A stretch of DNA of 64,000 nucleotides from an uncultured Verrucomicrobiae bacterium (GCA_963706955.1 CAVPOC010000006.1:128001-192000); one strand, 5' to 3'. Shown: positions 10,123 to 22,582, numbered from the stretch's first letter. The notes: a model not told the origin generated them from the sequence alone. Made by a program: numbers and translations.

Positions 10123-10590
10123 CTATTTCTTTGGAGACTTTTCCTCCTCTGAGCCTGAAGACTTGGCTGCTTTCTTGGAGGTCTTGGTATCTGTGTCTGA
10201 GGCTGTTTGATCGCCCGCATTAAGGTCGACCCATTCGATAAAGGCCATTAGTGCGGAGTCGCTCGACCGCGGCCCAAGTTTGACAACGCGGGTGTAGCCA
10301 CCATTTCGCGTGGCGCTGCGAGGAGCGATTTCAGCGAAGAGCTTCCCCACTGCCTTGACGGTGCGAGTGCTGTTATTGTGAAGCAACGCCAGGGCACGTC
10401 TGCGCGCATGCAGTCCGCCGCGTTTGGCCAAGGTTACCATTTTCTCGGCCAGCGGGCGAACCGCCTTGGCTTTGGCCAGGGTGGTGGTGATTCGTCCATG
10501 CTCAATCAGGCTGCAGGTTTGGTTAGCCAGCATGGCATTTCGGTGTTCGGCAGTGCGACCCAGTTTAACTGTTTTGCGGCGATGGCGCAT
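10123..10590 (-). CDS. rplQ: 50S ribosomal protein L17
   Basis: MRHRRKTVKLGRT...ITTTLAKAK...NGGYTRVVKLG. Confidence 0.98.
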   Translation of the reverse strand: MRHRRKTVKLGRTAEHRNAMLANQTCSLIEHGRITTTLAKAKAVRPLAEKMVTLAKRGGLHARRRALALLHNNSTRTVKAVGKLFAEIAPRSATRNGGYTRVVKLGPRSSDSALMAFIEWVDLNAGDQTASDTDTKTSKKAAKSSGSEEEKSPKK

Positions 10591-10597
10591 GATGGAC

Positions 10598-11602
10598 TTA
10601 CTTAATTTCGCCCGCCGGGTCGACGAGGCCGGTTTCGAACTTCATTCCAAGACCCAAACCGAGCTGCTGCAGCTTATCCTTTATTTCGTTAAGGGACTTC
10701 TTTCCAAAATTGCGGTACTTGAGCATTTCGGCTTCTGTCTTCATCGCAAGCTGGCCGACGGTGGTGATGTTGGCGTTGTTGAGACAATTGGCCGCGCGCA
10801 CGGAGAGTTCGATCTCGTTCACGCTCATGTTCAAGAGCTTCTTGAGCCTGGTGTTTTCCTGACTAACCTCCTCTGGCGTCTCGTCGAATTCGACCTTATT
10901 GTCGTCGTAACCGACGAAAACATCCAAGTGATGCCGAAGGATGGCCGAGGCCTGAAGAAGCGCCTCGTCCGGGGTGATGCGACCGTCGGTCCACACATCG
11001 AGGATCAACTTGTCATAATCGGTCCGCTGTCCAACACGTGTATTCTCGACCGCATATTTTACCCGGGTCACTGGCGAGAAAATGGAGTCAATCGCGATCA
11101 CTCCGATTGGCTGGTCGAGGTGCTTATTCTCGTCACCGGAGGCAAAACCGCGTCCGACCTTGATCTCGAGCTCGACGTCAAACTTTTGTTTTTTGTCGAG
11201 CGTGCAGATGTGCTGATCGGGGTTGACGACCTCGACTCCCTGCGAGCATTGAATATCGGCGGCGGTTATCACACCCTCTTTCGTTATCGAGATGGTCGCG
11301 GTGCGAGCTTCGTGATCGGGCGCCTTAAATTTTACCTTCTTGAGGTTCAGGATGATATCGACGACGTCTTCGACCACCCCAGGCAGGCTGGTAAATTCGT
11401 GCGGCGCTCCTTCGATGCGCACAGAGGTAATGGCAGCCCCTTCCAGCGAGGAGAGCAGGACGCGGCGCAGGGAATTTCCCAAGGTGTGGCCGTAGCCGGC
11501 CTCAAACGGCTCTGCGATGAATTTTGCGTAAATGTCGGTAGCCGAGACCTCATCCTTAACGAGGGTCTTCGGCATCTCGAATCTTCCGAGACGAACTGGC
11601 AT
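10598..11602 (-). CDS. rpoA: RNA polymerase alpha subunit
   Basis: EPFEAGYGHTLGNSLRRVLLSS, IDSIFSPV and alpha-CTD LSVRAANCL...NFGKKSL. Confidence 0.99.
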   Translation of the reverse strand: MPVRLGRFEMPKTLVKDEVSATDIYAKFIAEPFEAGYGHTLGNSLRRVLLSSLEGAAITSVRIEGAPHEFTSLPGVVEDVVDIILNLKKVKFKAPDHEARTATISITKEGVITAADIQCSQGVEVVNPDQHICTLDKKQKFDVELEIKVGRGFASGDENKHLDQPIGVIAIDSIFSPVTRVKYAVENTRVGQRTDYDKLILDVWTDGRITPDEALLQASAILRHHLDVFVGYDDNKVEFDETPEEVSQENTRLKKLLNMSVNEIELSVRAANCLNNANITTVGQLAMKTEAEMLKYRNFGKKSLNEIKDKLQQLGLGLGMKFETGLVDPAGEIK

Positions 11603-11741
11603 GTTTTTAAAATCTATTCGCCGGGTTTCCCTGGGCGCTCACTAGCGCAGCGTCGAAGACGTGCGCTCCAGGACCAACGGCGCGGTTAATCAAGCGCGGG
11701 TGAGCACCAGTAGCGCCTCTCCTCGCAATGTCAAGGTGAAA

Positions 11742-13706
11742 TCAGGCGGAAGCCCGGGCGCTGGCATCAGCCTTTACTTCCTTCCAGAGCCGTTCAAGTG
11801 AGTCCGTCACACGCTTTTTGGTAGCTTTCAGGTCGTCCGTGGAGATGGTCTTCCCGTCGGAAAGCGGCTCGGCAGCAAACATATAATACTTGATTTTTGG
11901 TTCGGTTCCGGAAGGCCGCACCGCGATGCGCCTGTTGTCAGCCAGCGTGATCATGAGCATCGCTTCAGGGGGAATTCGATCGCCCTCGGAATCATGAATG
12001 GTTTCCGTGGCGAAGTTGGTCGTCGAACTGACCGCGGCCCCATCGATCGCCGTGGGAGGCTTGGAGGCGTACGAATCGACGAGTTTCTTGATCTGCGCGG
12101 CTCCTTCCGCTCCTTCCATCGTTAGGGATTCGCCGCGCTCAAGGTAGAAGCCAAACTCCGAAAAGATGCGATCGAGAAGACCCACCAGCGTGGTCCCCTG
12201 GGATTTGGCATAAGCCGCGACCTCGGAAATCATCACTGCTGCGCTGTTGCCGTCTTTGTCGCGCACGAAGTCTGAACCACTATAGCCGTAGCTTTCCTCA
12301 CCCCCAAACACATAGAGAGAGGAATGCTGCAACCGCAGCTTGCGGGTGACGTCTTCTGACAATTCGGCGTAGTTATTCCGAAGCTCGGCAGGAATTTTCT
12401 CCTCGTACTTGCGCAGTTTCTCTCCGATGTACTTGAATCCCGTGAGCGTCTCGACGCAGCGGATGCCGGACTTTTCGGCGATGGCCTTTTGCAGGTCCGT
12501 GGTGACAAAAGTCTTGATGATGACCCCGTGCGACTTGTTGTCGTCGTTGAGTATGCCCTTTTCAAAATGCTTCATCGCCCGATACCACGCGATCAGAGAA
12601 CCGATCTGATTTCCGGTGAGGAGCGTCATTTTGCCGGCGGTGTCCCTGACGGCGATCCCCATTCGATCGCAGTCCGGGTCGGTCGCGATCACGAGGTCGG
12701 CGCCGCTTTCGTCCGCGAGCTTCATAGCCATCGTTAGAGCCTCGGCATTTTCTGGATTTGGCGATTTCACGGTAGGGAACCGGCCGTCTGGCACGTCTTG
12801 TTCGGGAACGGTCTGACAGTGGAAACCAAGGCGATCGAGCATCGGCTTAATGATCACCCCTCCGACACCATGGAGCGCGCTGAAGACCACCTTAAAGGAG
12901 CCTTGGGCCCGGATTAGCTCTGGATCGAGCGGCAGGGTGGCTAAGCGCTTCATGTAGGCTTCGTCGATCTCGGAACCCATTGCGATCACCTTTCCTTGCT
13001 CGGAAGCAGGGACCGGTGTGTAGACATCGCTCTCTACCGCATTGACTTTTTGGATGATTCCCGAGGCATAGGGCTCAACCACTTGACCGCCGTCTTCAAA
13101 GTAAACCTTATAGCCGTTGTACTCCGGTGGGTTATGGCTTGCGGTTATGTTGATTCCAGCCTGTGACTTTGTGTGACGCACCGAAAAGGAAAGCTCCGGA
13201 GTTGAGCGGGGCCCCTCGAAAAGGTATGCGTTGCATCCATTTTCGGTGATAACTTTGGCGGCAAGTTCAGCAAATTCGCGCGAGAAGAAGCGAGTGTCGT
13301 GGCAGATGCAAATAGACGGCTTTCCGCTGCGTCGCTCTTTGGCAAAATACTCCTTTACATAGGCGACCAACCCCTGAGTTGCGCGGCTGATGTTATAGTA
13401 GTTCATCGCATTGGTGCCCGCGCACGGAAACTCCGGGCGCCCAAGAGCCTGCGGAGTGCCTTTTTCTGCTTTGGTCACCGCGGGACTGATGGTCTTGCCA
13501 CGGAGACCGCCGGTTCCAAACGCCAGCGTCCGGAAGAACCTGTTATCCAGCTCCTTCCAATTACCGGTCTCAACGAGCTCGGCGATGGAAGCCTCGCTGA
13601 TCGGCGATGTCGTCTTGGCGAGAAAGGGGAGTAGATTTTTAGCGGAGGATTCGAGAAGTTGTCCGCCTGAGGCGGCTGCCTGGATTTTTGCGGTGAGGTC
13701 GCTCAT
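11742..13706 (-). CDS. phosphoglucomutase/phosphomannomutase family phospho-sugar mutase
   Basis: FGTGGLRG, TASHNP, DPDCDR, GEES, RPSGTEPKIK. Confidence 0.93.
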   Translation of the reverse strand: MSDLTAKIQAAASGGQLLESSAKNLLPFLAKTTSPISEASIAELVETGNWKELDNRFFRTLAFGTGGLRGKTISPAVTKAEKGTPQALGRPEFPCAGTNAMNYYNISRATQGLVAYVKEYFAKERRSGKPSICICHDTRFFSREFAELAAKVITENGCNAYLFEGPRSTPELSFSVRHTKSQAGINITASHNPPEYNGYKVYFEDGGQVVEPYASGIIQKVNAVESDVYTPVPASEQGKVIAMGSEIDEAYMKRLATLPLDPELIRAQGSFKVVFSALHGVGGVIIKPMLDRLGFHCQTVPEQDVPDGRFPTVKSPNPENAEALTMAMKLADESGADLVIATDPDCDRMGIAVRDTAGKMTLLTGNQIGSLIAWYRAMKHFEKGILNDDNKSHGVIIKTFVTTDLQKAIAEKSGIRCVETLTGFKYIGEKLRKYEEKIPAELRNNYAELSEDVTRKLRLQHSSLYVFGGEESYGYSGSDFVRDKDGNSAAVMISEVAAYAKSQGTTLVGLLDRIFSEFGFYLERGESLTMEGAEGAAQIKKLVDSYASKPPTAIDGAAVSSTTNFATETIHDSEGDRIPPEAMLMITLADNRRIAVRPSGTEPKIKYYMFAAEPLSDGKTISTDDLKATKKRVTDSLERLWKEVKADASARASA

Positions 13707-13860
13707 GAGATCAGGGGAGTTTGATCTTCGGCATAGCATTCGCACAGCCGACTGCAAAGTTCATTTCGATATCTCTTGCGCTCGAGCTTCGGCGTCCAAA
13801 CAGTTTCGCTCACCATCAATTGACAGGCGCGGATTCCCATTTAGCGTCCAAGCCAATAAG

Positions 13861-15045
13861 ATGTCTCAAGAACTGAAATCGGAGCGAATTCGCTTTGTCT
13901 CTCACGCGCCCGGGCACTGGCCGGACGTGCCGATCGAGAAGTGGAATGACTGGAAGTGGCAGTTAAAAAATCGGGTCTCCTCTCTCGCCAAGCTGGAGCA
14001 GTTGATGCCCCTGACAGCGTCCGAACGCGCTGGCGCCCTGCTCGCCGGGAGCAAGCTTTCGCTCTCGATTACGCCGCACTTCTTCAACTTGATCGACGTG
14101 GAGAACACCGAGTGTCCGATTCGACGGCAGGTTGTCCCGCGAATGGAGGAGGGGTATACTGCACCGTGGGAAATGGCCGATCCCTGTGGGGAAGATAGCC
14201 ACATGCCGGTGCCAGGCTTGGTCCATCGCTACCCGGACCGAGTTCTCTTCCTGGTGACAGACCGTTGCGCTTCGTATTGCCGCTATTGCACCCGCAGCCG
14301 AGTGGTCAGCGGCGCCGGGGAGCAAGAGCTGCACACAAACTTTGACGAGGCCTTCGCGTATCTCGAGAAGCACACCGAGGTGCGTGACGTGCTCTTCTCC
14401 GGTGGCGATGCCTTGCTTTTCTCGGACGACAAGCTTGAGGAACTGTTGCGTCGTGTTCGGGCGATTTCGCACATTGAGTTCGTCCGGATTGGGACGCGGG
14501 TGCCCATCTTTTTACCGCAACGCATCACGGCGGAGCTCTGCCAGATGCTGCAGAGATACCATCCGCTCTGGATGAGCGTGCACGTCAATCATCCGCGTGA
14601 GTTGACCCTTGAAGTGCGCGAAGCACTTGGCCGCCTGGCTGATCATGGAATTCCCTTGGGCAACCAGAGTGTGCTGCTGGCGGGAGTCAACGATGATGTC
14701 GCGACGATGCGCCAGCTTGTCCATAAGCTGCTCCTCTGCCGCGTCCGTCCGTATTACCTCTACCAATGCGATCTGATCAAGGGCTCATCCCACCTGAGGA
14801 CAAGTGTGGCCAAAGGTATTGAAATCATTGAGGGATTACGTGGCCACACCTCTGGATACGCAATTCCTCAATACGTCATTGATGCGCCGGGTGGTGGCGG
14901 GAAGGTCCCGATAAATCCGGGCTACGTCCTGTATCACGACGCTGAGAAAGTCGTGATCCGCAACTTCGAAGGCAAAGTCTTTGAATACCCGGAGCTGCCG
15001 GCTCCGGTGACAGACCACCACCAGACCGAACTCTGTTCGAGCTGA
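13861..15045 (+). CDS. kamA: KamA family radical SAM protein (lysine 2,3-aminomutase-like)
   Basis: WNDWKWQ, HRYPDR, CASYCRYC, SGGD, DAPGGGGK; ATG at 13861. Confidence 0.88.
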   Translation: MSQELKSERIRFVSHAPGHWPDVPIEKWNDWKWQLKNRVSSLAKLEQLMPLTASERAGALLAGSKLSLSITPHFFNLIDVENTECPIRRQVVPRMEEGYTAPWEMADPCGEDSHMPVPGLVHRYPDRVLFLVTDRCASYCRYCTRSRVVSGAGEQELHTNFDEAFAYLEKHTEVRDVLFSGGDALLFSDDKLEELLRRVRAISHIEFVRIGTRVPIFLPQRITAELCQMLQRYHPLWMSVHVNHPRELTLEVREALGRLADHGIPLGNQSVLLAGVNDDVATMRQLVHKLLLCRVRPYYLYQCDLIKGSSHLRTSVAKGIEIIEGLRGHTSGYAIPQYVIDAPGGGGKVPINPGYVLYHDAEKVVIRNFEGKVFEYPELPAPVTDHHQTELCSS

Positions 15046-15085
15046 TATTCCGCCTAGAAAAGCGAAGGTGCCCGGACGCCGGATG

Positions 15086-15748
15086 TCATCGTAATGCGGC
15101 GATCTCCCCCGCCACGTCGTTTGCCCGGAAGATGGATGTTCCCGCAACCATGACATTAGCGCCGGCTTCGCGCGACGCGCGGGCGGTGGCAACATTGATT
15201 CCTCCATCTACTTCAATGTGGTAGTGCAGCTTATGGGCGGCCCGCCAATCCGCACCGGCGCGAACCTTATCCAAAGCCTCGGAAATGAAGGCCTGCCCGC
15301 CAAAGCCCGGATTCACCGTCAGGATGAGCAGCACATCGATAAGGTCAAGAAAGGGTCGCGCCTTTTCGAAAGGGGTGGGTGGGCTGACGGCGAGTCCCGC
15401 TTTGCAGCCTGCCGAGCGAATTCGACTGAGGGTCTCGGCGACGTCGTGGTCAGCCTCCACATGAACGGAGATCGAGCTCGCCAGGTTTGTGAATCGCGAG
15501 AAGAACCTGTCCGGTTTCTCGAGCATCAAGTGAACGTCCAGGGGAAGCTCGGTGTGCCGTGAAGCGGCTTCCACAACATCCGGACCGAAAGAAATGTTGT
15601 CGACGAAATGCCCATCCATGACATCGCAATGGATCCAGTCCGCTCCGCCTTCGGTCACGCGCTCGATTTCCTGGCCGAGCCTCGCGAAGTCGGCGGCAAG
15701 AATCGAGGGAGCCACGATGGTGTTAAGGGGTTCCATGTGGTATTTCAT
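15086..15748 (-). CDS. rpe: ribulose-phosphate 3-epimerase
   Basis: APSILAADF, HCDVMDGHFV, DVHLM, NPGFGGQ, VDGG; start may be 15733. Confidence 0.96.
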   Translation of the reverse strand: MKYHMEPLNTIVAPSILAADFARLGQEIERVTEGGADWIHCDVMDGHFVDNISFGPDVVEAASRHTELPLDVHLMLEKPDRFFSRFTNLASSISVHVEADHDVAETLSRIRSAGCKAGLAVSPPTPFEKARPFLDLIDVLLILTVNPGFGGQAFISEALDKVRAGADWRAAHKLHYHIEVDGGINVATARASREAGANVMVAGTSIFRANDVAGEIAALR

Positions 15749-15750
15749 AG

Positions 15751-17185
<1,435 letters not shown>

Positions 17186-17189
<4 letters not shown>

Positions 17190-19696
17190 GTGTTTTCGCT
17201 GGTCCGCTTTCGCCCGACGCGCACAAATCCGCAGCGTTGTGCCGCGGCGTCGACGAGCTCCGCAACTCGCTTCTTTAACCGATATCCTCGCGCGAAGAGA
17301 AAGCAGACTGCGACCAGATAAGGAATCCAGAGCCACCAATGATTTCCTGGCACGAAGAGTTGACGATAGCCAAGAATGATGAGCACCACGACGTTGATCA
17401 GGAAGGTGGTCGCGACCATTTGTGTGGCGAGCTTAATTCGCGTCAGGCACTTGGGGCCGCCATGATATTCGGTCACGCTACGCAGCTTGATACCCCACCA
17501 AAAGCTGCCATAGACCTGGACATCCCAGTCCTTCCAACCCGTATCGATCGAGTAGTTCCACCCTTCTGATTGAAGTGCCCTGACGATTTCCGGCAGAAGT
17601 CGCTCACGGCCCTCACCATTCTCGGACCAGAAATTTAGCTTCGAGATACTGCCGCGCGTCGGCGTGTAGTTTCGCTCCGGTGAAGCGATAACTGCCGGGG
17701 GCGTGCGCTTGAACTTCAGCCAAGTGAAGTAGCGCGACCAGCCGCGGGCGAGCGGCTGGGCAAGCGCCAGGAAAGCGACCAGCAGGCGCGCGCGGATCGT
17801 ATCATGCTTCGGCTCGAGCTTGGCGTGAATCATGTAGGAAAGCGCGACAAGGAATGTCCCGCCAAACATGAGGTATGGTACAATTCGTAGAAACGGCAGA
17901 GGAATCGAGAGGCCGAAAACAAACAGGGTCAGGGCCACCCATTCGATGCTGCTCAAATAGGCGGCAAGGTCAGACTGAGGGGTCGGATAAATCGACTGAA
18001 AGAGTCCCTGTCCGAAAATCCCATGATAGATGATTGGCCGATTTACCAGCCAGGTGAAACGCGGTGCACCATAGATCTGGCCTTTCCACTTGGCGGTCCC
18101 GGTGGGACCAAAGAAAACAAGATGCTTGAAACGAAGGAGCGATTCCGCTTCTCCGTACCCCTGTTGTTGCCTTCGGAAACCAGGTAGCGTGAACCGTCGG
18201 TAGTGCCAAACGACAGCCGCGGGACTGAAGCCGATGATTTGGCCCTCTTGCTGGAGCCGCCAGCAAAAATCCACATCATCGCCAGCCTTGCGATACTCCG
18301 GATCAAATCCGCCAACTTTCTCGAAAGCCCATTTATAAAACGCCATGTTGCAGCCGGGGATGTGCTCCGCAATGACATCGGACAAGAGCACATGATTGGG
18401 GCCACCGGGCGCAGCAGCGACACAGGCCTGTATCCAGTTCTCGGCGGGAGGTGAGATATTAGGACCGCCAACACCCGCGAAATCTCCGCTCAACAACGTG
18501 CCGACCATAAAGTAAAGCCACTCCGGATCAGCCATACAGTCGCTGTCGGTGTAGGCAATAACTTCGCCTGTGGCGGTTCGGGCACCAACGTTCCGAGCTA
18601 CACTTAGGCCCGAATTTTCCTGCCGGATGTTGACCACCCCGGGATGCCTCGTGGCAATTTGCTGCGTGTGGTCCTCTGATCCATCATCAACAAGAATCAC
18701 TTCGTAATCGGGATATTCCAGATGGTGCAGCGATTCGAGGCATCGATCGAGGGTCTTGGCGCCATTGTATGAACAGACAACCACCGAAACCCTTGGATAG
18801 CGTCGCAGGCTGACCTTCCGAGTCATCGAGCCGTGGTTGGCGAAGAGCTCCTTTACGGTCGAATAGGAGAGCTTGGGGGTCCGATCACGGCCCACCAACC
18901 CGAACGCCCAATCGGTGATCTCCTGGCCACCGCGAAACCACTCGTCAGTCCAGGCATAAATGATCGTCCCTGCCAGACCACCGCGAACAACGCTCTCAAT
19001 GTGCCAGCGCAGCATCTCGGCTTGCTCGTCCTCGGAGTGGCGGATGGTGTCCATACCGAACTCGCCGAGGAGGAGCGGCTTCTCCTCGGCCAGGTTCTGC
19101 AGGCGCGCCAGGTAACTCTCGAAATCAGATTGGCGATGCAGGTAAACGTTGAAAGTCGCGAAATCCGAGTTTTGCGGAAGCAGATATTCGGTGGGAGGAT
19201 AACTCGCGTAAGAAAAAAGCGCGCTATCATCTTCCTCGCGGCCGATGTTGATCAGATTTTCCACGAACTCGGTCACTTGCCGCGGACCTAGCCACCGGAC
19301 CATCGTGCTGGGAATCTCATTTCCTACGAGGTAGCCAAACACGGCGCCATGTCCGGCATTCTGGCGCACGCCCTCGGCGACGGCACGTTCGGCATCGCGG
19401 CGTATTTTGCCATCGTTGAGAAATTCAAGATGTTCGCTCCAGGGGATCGAGATAAGCGCGCGCAGTTGAAATTCTTCGCAGAGGTCGAGAAACCACGTCG
19501 GAGGCACGTAATAAACCCGAATTAAGTTAACCCCGGCTTGAGCCATAAGCAGGAAGTCGCTCCGAGCCTTCTCGGGCGTGCCGAAATGTGCACCTTCGGC
19601 GTCGGGCGCGAACGGACCGTAGGTGACTCCTTTCACAAAGAACTTTTGATCGCGCTCGAAGAAGAACTTCGCGCGAGTGCGCACCCGATGGTTCAC
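17186..19696 (-). CDS. fusion of a GH-A clan (GH2-like TIM barrel) domain, a family 2 glycosyltransferase and a C-terminal membrane domain
   Basis: N-terminal GNE and GEFG motifs; GT2 SVVVCSYN, DDGS, TDSD, GDDVD; C-terminal TM helices. Confidence 0.85.
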
Positions 19697-19802
19697 GGCG
19701 ATACCGCTAGGGGAGTTGATACCACTTGTCCAGTGGGCAAAATAGGCGCGCTGCGGATGATGGAGTTATTTCGGCCGGAGCACGTTCGGTTCGGCGGCCC
19801 AA

Positions 19803-21080
19803 TCACTCGTAACAGGCAGCTCGAACTGCGGCCGCCGCGATGCCAACGCTTTGCTCGATGTCCGCTTCGCTGTGCGCTAGGGAGAGAAATCCAGCTTCAA
19901 ACTGAGACGGCGCGAAATAAACGCCGCCATCAAGGCAGGCATGGAAATACCGGGCGAAGCGCTGTCGGTCGCTGCGAGCGGCTTCTGTAAGGTTGCGAAC
20001 AGGTCCTTCGCAAAAGTAGAGGCAAAACATGGAACCGATCCGATGGAAGGTAATTGGCCGCCCCGCAATAGCGCGGCGGATGCCTTCTTCGAAGTGGGCT
20101 CCCAGTTCTTCCAAACGCGACCACCCGCCTCGCCGAATTAGTTCATTGATCTGCGCGAGGCCAGCCGCCATGGCGACCGGATTTCCTGACAATGTCCCTG
20201 CTTGGTAGACCGGTCCGTCCGGCGAAAGTTGATCCATGATTTCCGCGCGCCCGCCGAATGCGCCGACCGGCAGGCCGCCGCCGATGACTTTGCCGAGCGC
20301 GGTGAGGTCCGGCCTGACATTATAGAGCTCTTGAGCGCCACCGGGGGAGAGGCGAAAGCCGGTCATAACCTCGTCGAAAATGAGAAGTACCCCTTCCAGG
20401 TCGCATTGAGCACGCAATCCTTCGAGAAAACCGGACTCTGGAAGATACAATCCTGCATTGGCTGGAACTGGTTCCAAGATGATTGCTGCCACTTCGCCGT
20501 GGTTGGCTTGAAGGGCCTCTTGAACAGCGCCAAGATCGTTGAACGGAAGGACAATGGTAAGATCTGCGAGTGCCGCGGGAACGCCGGCGCTGTCAGGTCG
20601 ACCATGGGTGAGGGCGCCGCTGCCGGCCTTGACCAGCAGAGAATCGACATGTCCATGGTAGCACCCTTCAAACTTGATGATTTTGTCCCGCTGGGTAAAC
20701 CCTCTTGCCAACCGGAGGCAGCTCATCGTCGCCTCGGTGCCGCTATTGACCATCCGGACCCGTTCGATCGAGGGAACGAGACTACAGATCATCTCCGCCA
20801 TTTTCACCTCGAGCGGATTCGGAATCCCAAAACTCAGACCTCTCGAGGCGGCGCCGCAGACGGCGGCGACCACTGCATCCGGAGCGTGCCCGAGAATGGC
20901 CGGACCCCATGTGCCCACGTAATCGATCAGCTCTCGTCCCTCGATCGTAAAAACCCGTGCTCCCTCCGCTCGAGAGACAAAGAACGGCTCACCACCCACT
21001 CCTCGAAACGCTCGCACCGGTGAGTTCACACCGCCCGGAATGACGCGCATTGCGCTTTGAAAAAGCTCGTGTGAATTCAT
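19803..21080 (-). CDS. hemL: glutamate-1-semialdehyde 2,1-aminomutase
   Basis: PGGVNSPVRAF, NSGTEA, YHGH, DEVMTGFR, GKVIGGG, QAGTLSGNP. Confidence 0.97.
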   Translation of the reverse strand: MNSHELFQSAMRVIPGGVNSPVRAFRGVGGEPFFVSRAEGARVFTIEGRELIDYVGTWGPAILGHAPDAVVAAVCGAASRGLSFGIPNPLEVKMAEMICSLVPSIERVRMVNSGTEATMSCLRLARGFTQRDKIIKFEGCYHGHVDSLLVKAGSGALTHGRPDSAGVPAALADLTIVLPFNDLGAVQEALQANHGEVAAIILEPVPANAGLYLPESGFLEGLRAQCDLEGVLLIFDEVMTGFRLSPGGAQELYNVRPDLTALGKVIGGGLPVGAFGGRAEIMDQLSPDGPVYQAGTLSGNPVAMAAGLAQINELIRRGGWSRLEELGAHFEEGIRRAIAGRPITFHRIGSMFCLYFCEGPVRNLTEAARSDRQRFARYFHACLDGGVYFAPSQFEAGFLSLAHSEADIEQSVGIAAAAVRAACYE

Positions 21081-21164
21081 CAGCCAGATAAAAGCTTGCC
21101 GGTAGCCGATGCGCAAATGGGAATGATGATCGTCGCGGAGCGGCCCGACTCATCTTCCAGGACA

Positions 21165-21917
21165 ATGAAACAACCGCAGATTGAAGATCGCTTACTCGCG
21201 CGCAAGCGGCCCCAGTCCGGTTCCCTCCTCCGAATGCGCTGGGAGCAGCTGTTGTTTCTACATTGGGCGTGGGATCCCGCCGAAATCCAGAAGACACTTC
21301 CCCGAGGATTGTTTGTTGATACCTTCAACGGCCAAGCCTGGCTGGGCATCGTGCCTTTTTTCATGAGGAGGGTTCATCCCCGGGGATTGCCTTGCATTCG
21401 CTGGTTGTCCGATTTTCTCGAACTGAACGTGCGCACCTACGTTTTCAACAACTCCGGGCGGCCAGGTATTTGGTTTTATTCGCTGGTATGCAATCAGCCC
21501 CTCGCCGTGGAGCTTGCCAAGCTCTGCTTCCATTTGAACTACGTTCACGCGCGCATGCATGCTCAGGTCGATCAAAGTGCAATCTGTACCTATCAGGCGA
21601 AACGACGTCAAATGCCAGAGGCACAGTTTCGCTTCGAGACGAGATCAGGTCCGAAGAGAGAAACTCAACCGGGTTCGCTAGAGTTCTTTTTGGTCGAACG
21701 TTACTTTCTTTATTCAGCTGATCGCAGAAGCCGCCTCTATTACGGGCAAGTTCATCACCGGCCCTATCGCATCGGTCCTGCCCTTGTCGAAAAATGGAGT
21801 TTCAATCCCGCGGCGGCGGACGGATTCTCCGCTCCCGAGCGCGGACCTGACCACGTGGTCGCAGCGGAGGACCTCCAAGTCGAAGCCTGGCCAATCATCC
21901 CTGATCCGGATTCGTAG
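21165..21917 (+). CDS. YqjF/DUF2071 family protein
   Basis: MRWEQLLFLHW, FLELNVRTYV, PGIWFYSL, FLVERY. Confidence 0.85.
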   Translation: MKQPQIEDRLLARKRPQSGSLLRMRWEQLLFLHWAWDPAEIQKTLPRGLFVDTFNGQAWLGIVPFFMRRVHPRGLPCIRWLSDFLELNVRTYVFNNSGRPGIWFYSLVCNQPLAVELAKLCFHLNYVHARMHAQVDQSAICTYQAKRRQMPEAQFRFETRSGPKRETQPGSLEFFLVERYFLYSADRRSRLYYGQVHHRPYRIGPALVEKWSFNPAAADGFSAPERGPDHVVAAEDLQVEAWPIIPDPDS

Positions 21918-21982
21918 CTCTGCACTGAGAGTTCGCTACTTTTGCATTTTAAGCGTTGGGTTTCGCGGTTAGACTCATGTGT

Positions 21983-22369
21983 ATGGTTAAGAAATTGGAT
22001 CACACGCGTTACCGCGTCACCGACCTGGAAAAGACCGTTCACTTCTACAAGGATGTGCTTGGGCTCGAAGAGGTCAGGCGCAGCACCAGTGGACGCGGTT
22101 CGCAGTTGGTTTTTTTTAAAGCGCCGGAGAGCGAGGAGCTCATCGAGATTTGCAAGTATGATGCCAGCGGGCCGGTCCAGGTTGGACCCGATCTGACGCA
22201 TTTGGCGTTTGTCGTGGACGACATCGAGGCGTTCGCGCGCCATTCGTCCGCCCTGGGATACCCGCTGAGCGACGGTCCGCACACGAGCTCAGACGGATCG
22301 GTCATCGCCTTCGTCGACGCTCCTGAGGGCTACGAGGTTGAGCTCCTTCAACGCGGCAAGAGGGTCTAG
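21983..22369 (+). CDS. VOC family protein (lactoylglutathione lyase-like)
   Basis: HTRYRVTDLEK..FY, HLAF, DAPEGYEVEL. Confidence 0.88.
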   Translation: MVKKLDHTRYRVTDLEKTVHFYKDVLGLEEVRRSTSGRGSQLVFFKAPESEELIEICKYDASGPVQVGPDLTHLAFVVDDIEAFARHSSALGYPLSDGPHTSSDGSVIAFVDAPEGYEVELLQRGKRV

Positions 22370-22432
22370 CTTGTTTCCAAGAAAATTCGCGGTGGGTTGT
22401 GCAGGCTGCGGTATTAGAACCGAGCGGAAATT

Positions 22433-22582
22433 GGCGGGATCTCCTAATGGTAGAGGCGGCAACCCAGGCCGCCCGGCCGTCTACCATTTCAAAGAACGAA
22501 CAACCCGGCCGCTAATGCCCTGATCGGAGGCATCCCCCATACCTCCGATTATATCCCTGCGACCGGGCTGTTCAATTGTGAG
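22433..22582 (-). ncRNA. candidate structured RNA resembling an IS110-family non-coding end (bridge-RNA-like), no transposase
   Basis: 15 bp stem, 9/10 nt internal loop, 11 bp stem; second bulged hairpin; all three stem mismatches are G-U on the minus strand; ends in AGGAG RBS with no start codon. The family assignment is a resemblance from memory. Confidence 0.55.
22548..22575 (-). promoter_or_regulatory. sigma70-like promoter TTGAAC-N16-TATAAT
   Basis: Minus strand TTGAAC (22575-22570), 16 nt spacer, perfect TATAAT (22553-22548). Confidence 0.45.

Noticed and set aside
10424..11689. 421 aa ORF antisense to rpoA, and similar shadow ORFs over hemL, ligA, nadA and the ABC permease
   Set aside because: Antisense to conserved genes with no recognisable motifs; expected from high-GC codon bias.
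22433..22582. 6S RNA, SRP RNA or CRISPR interpretation of the structured element
   Set aside because: The rod is too short for 6S, the SRP helix 8 motif is absent and there is no repeat-spacer periodicity.
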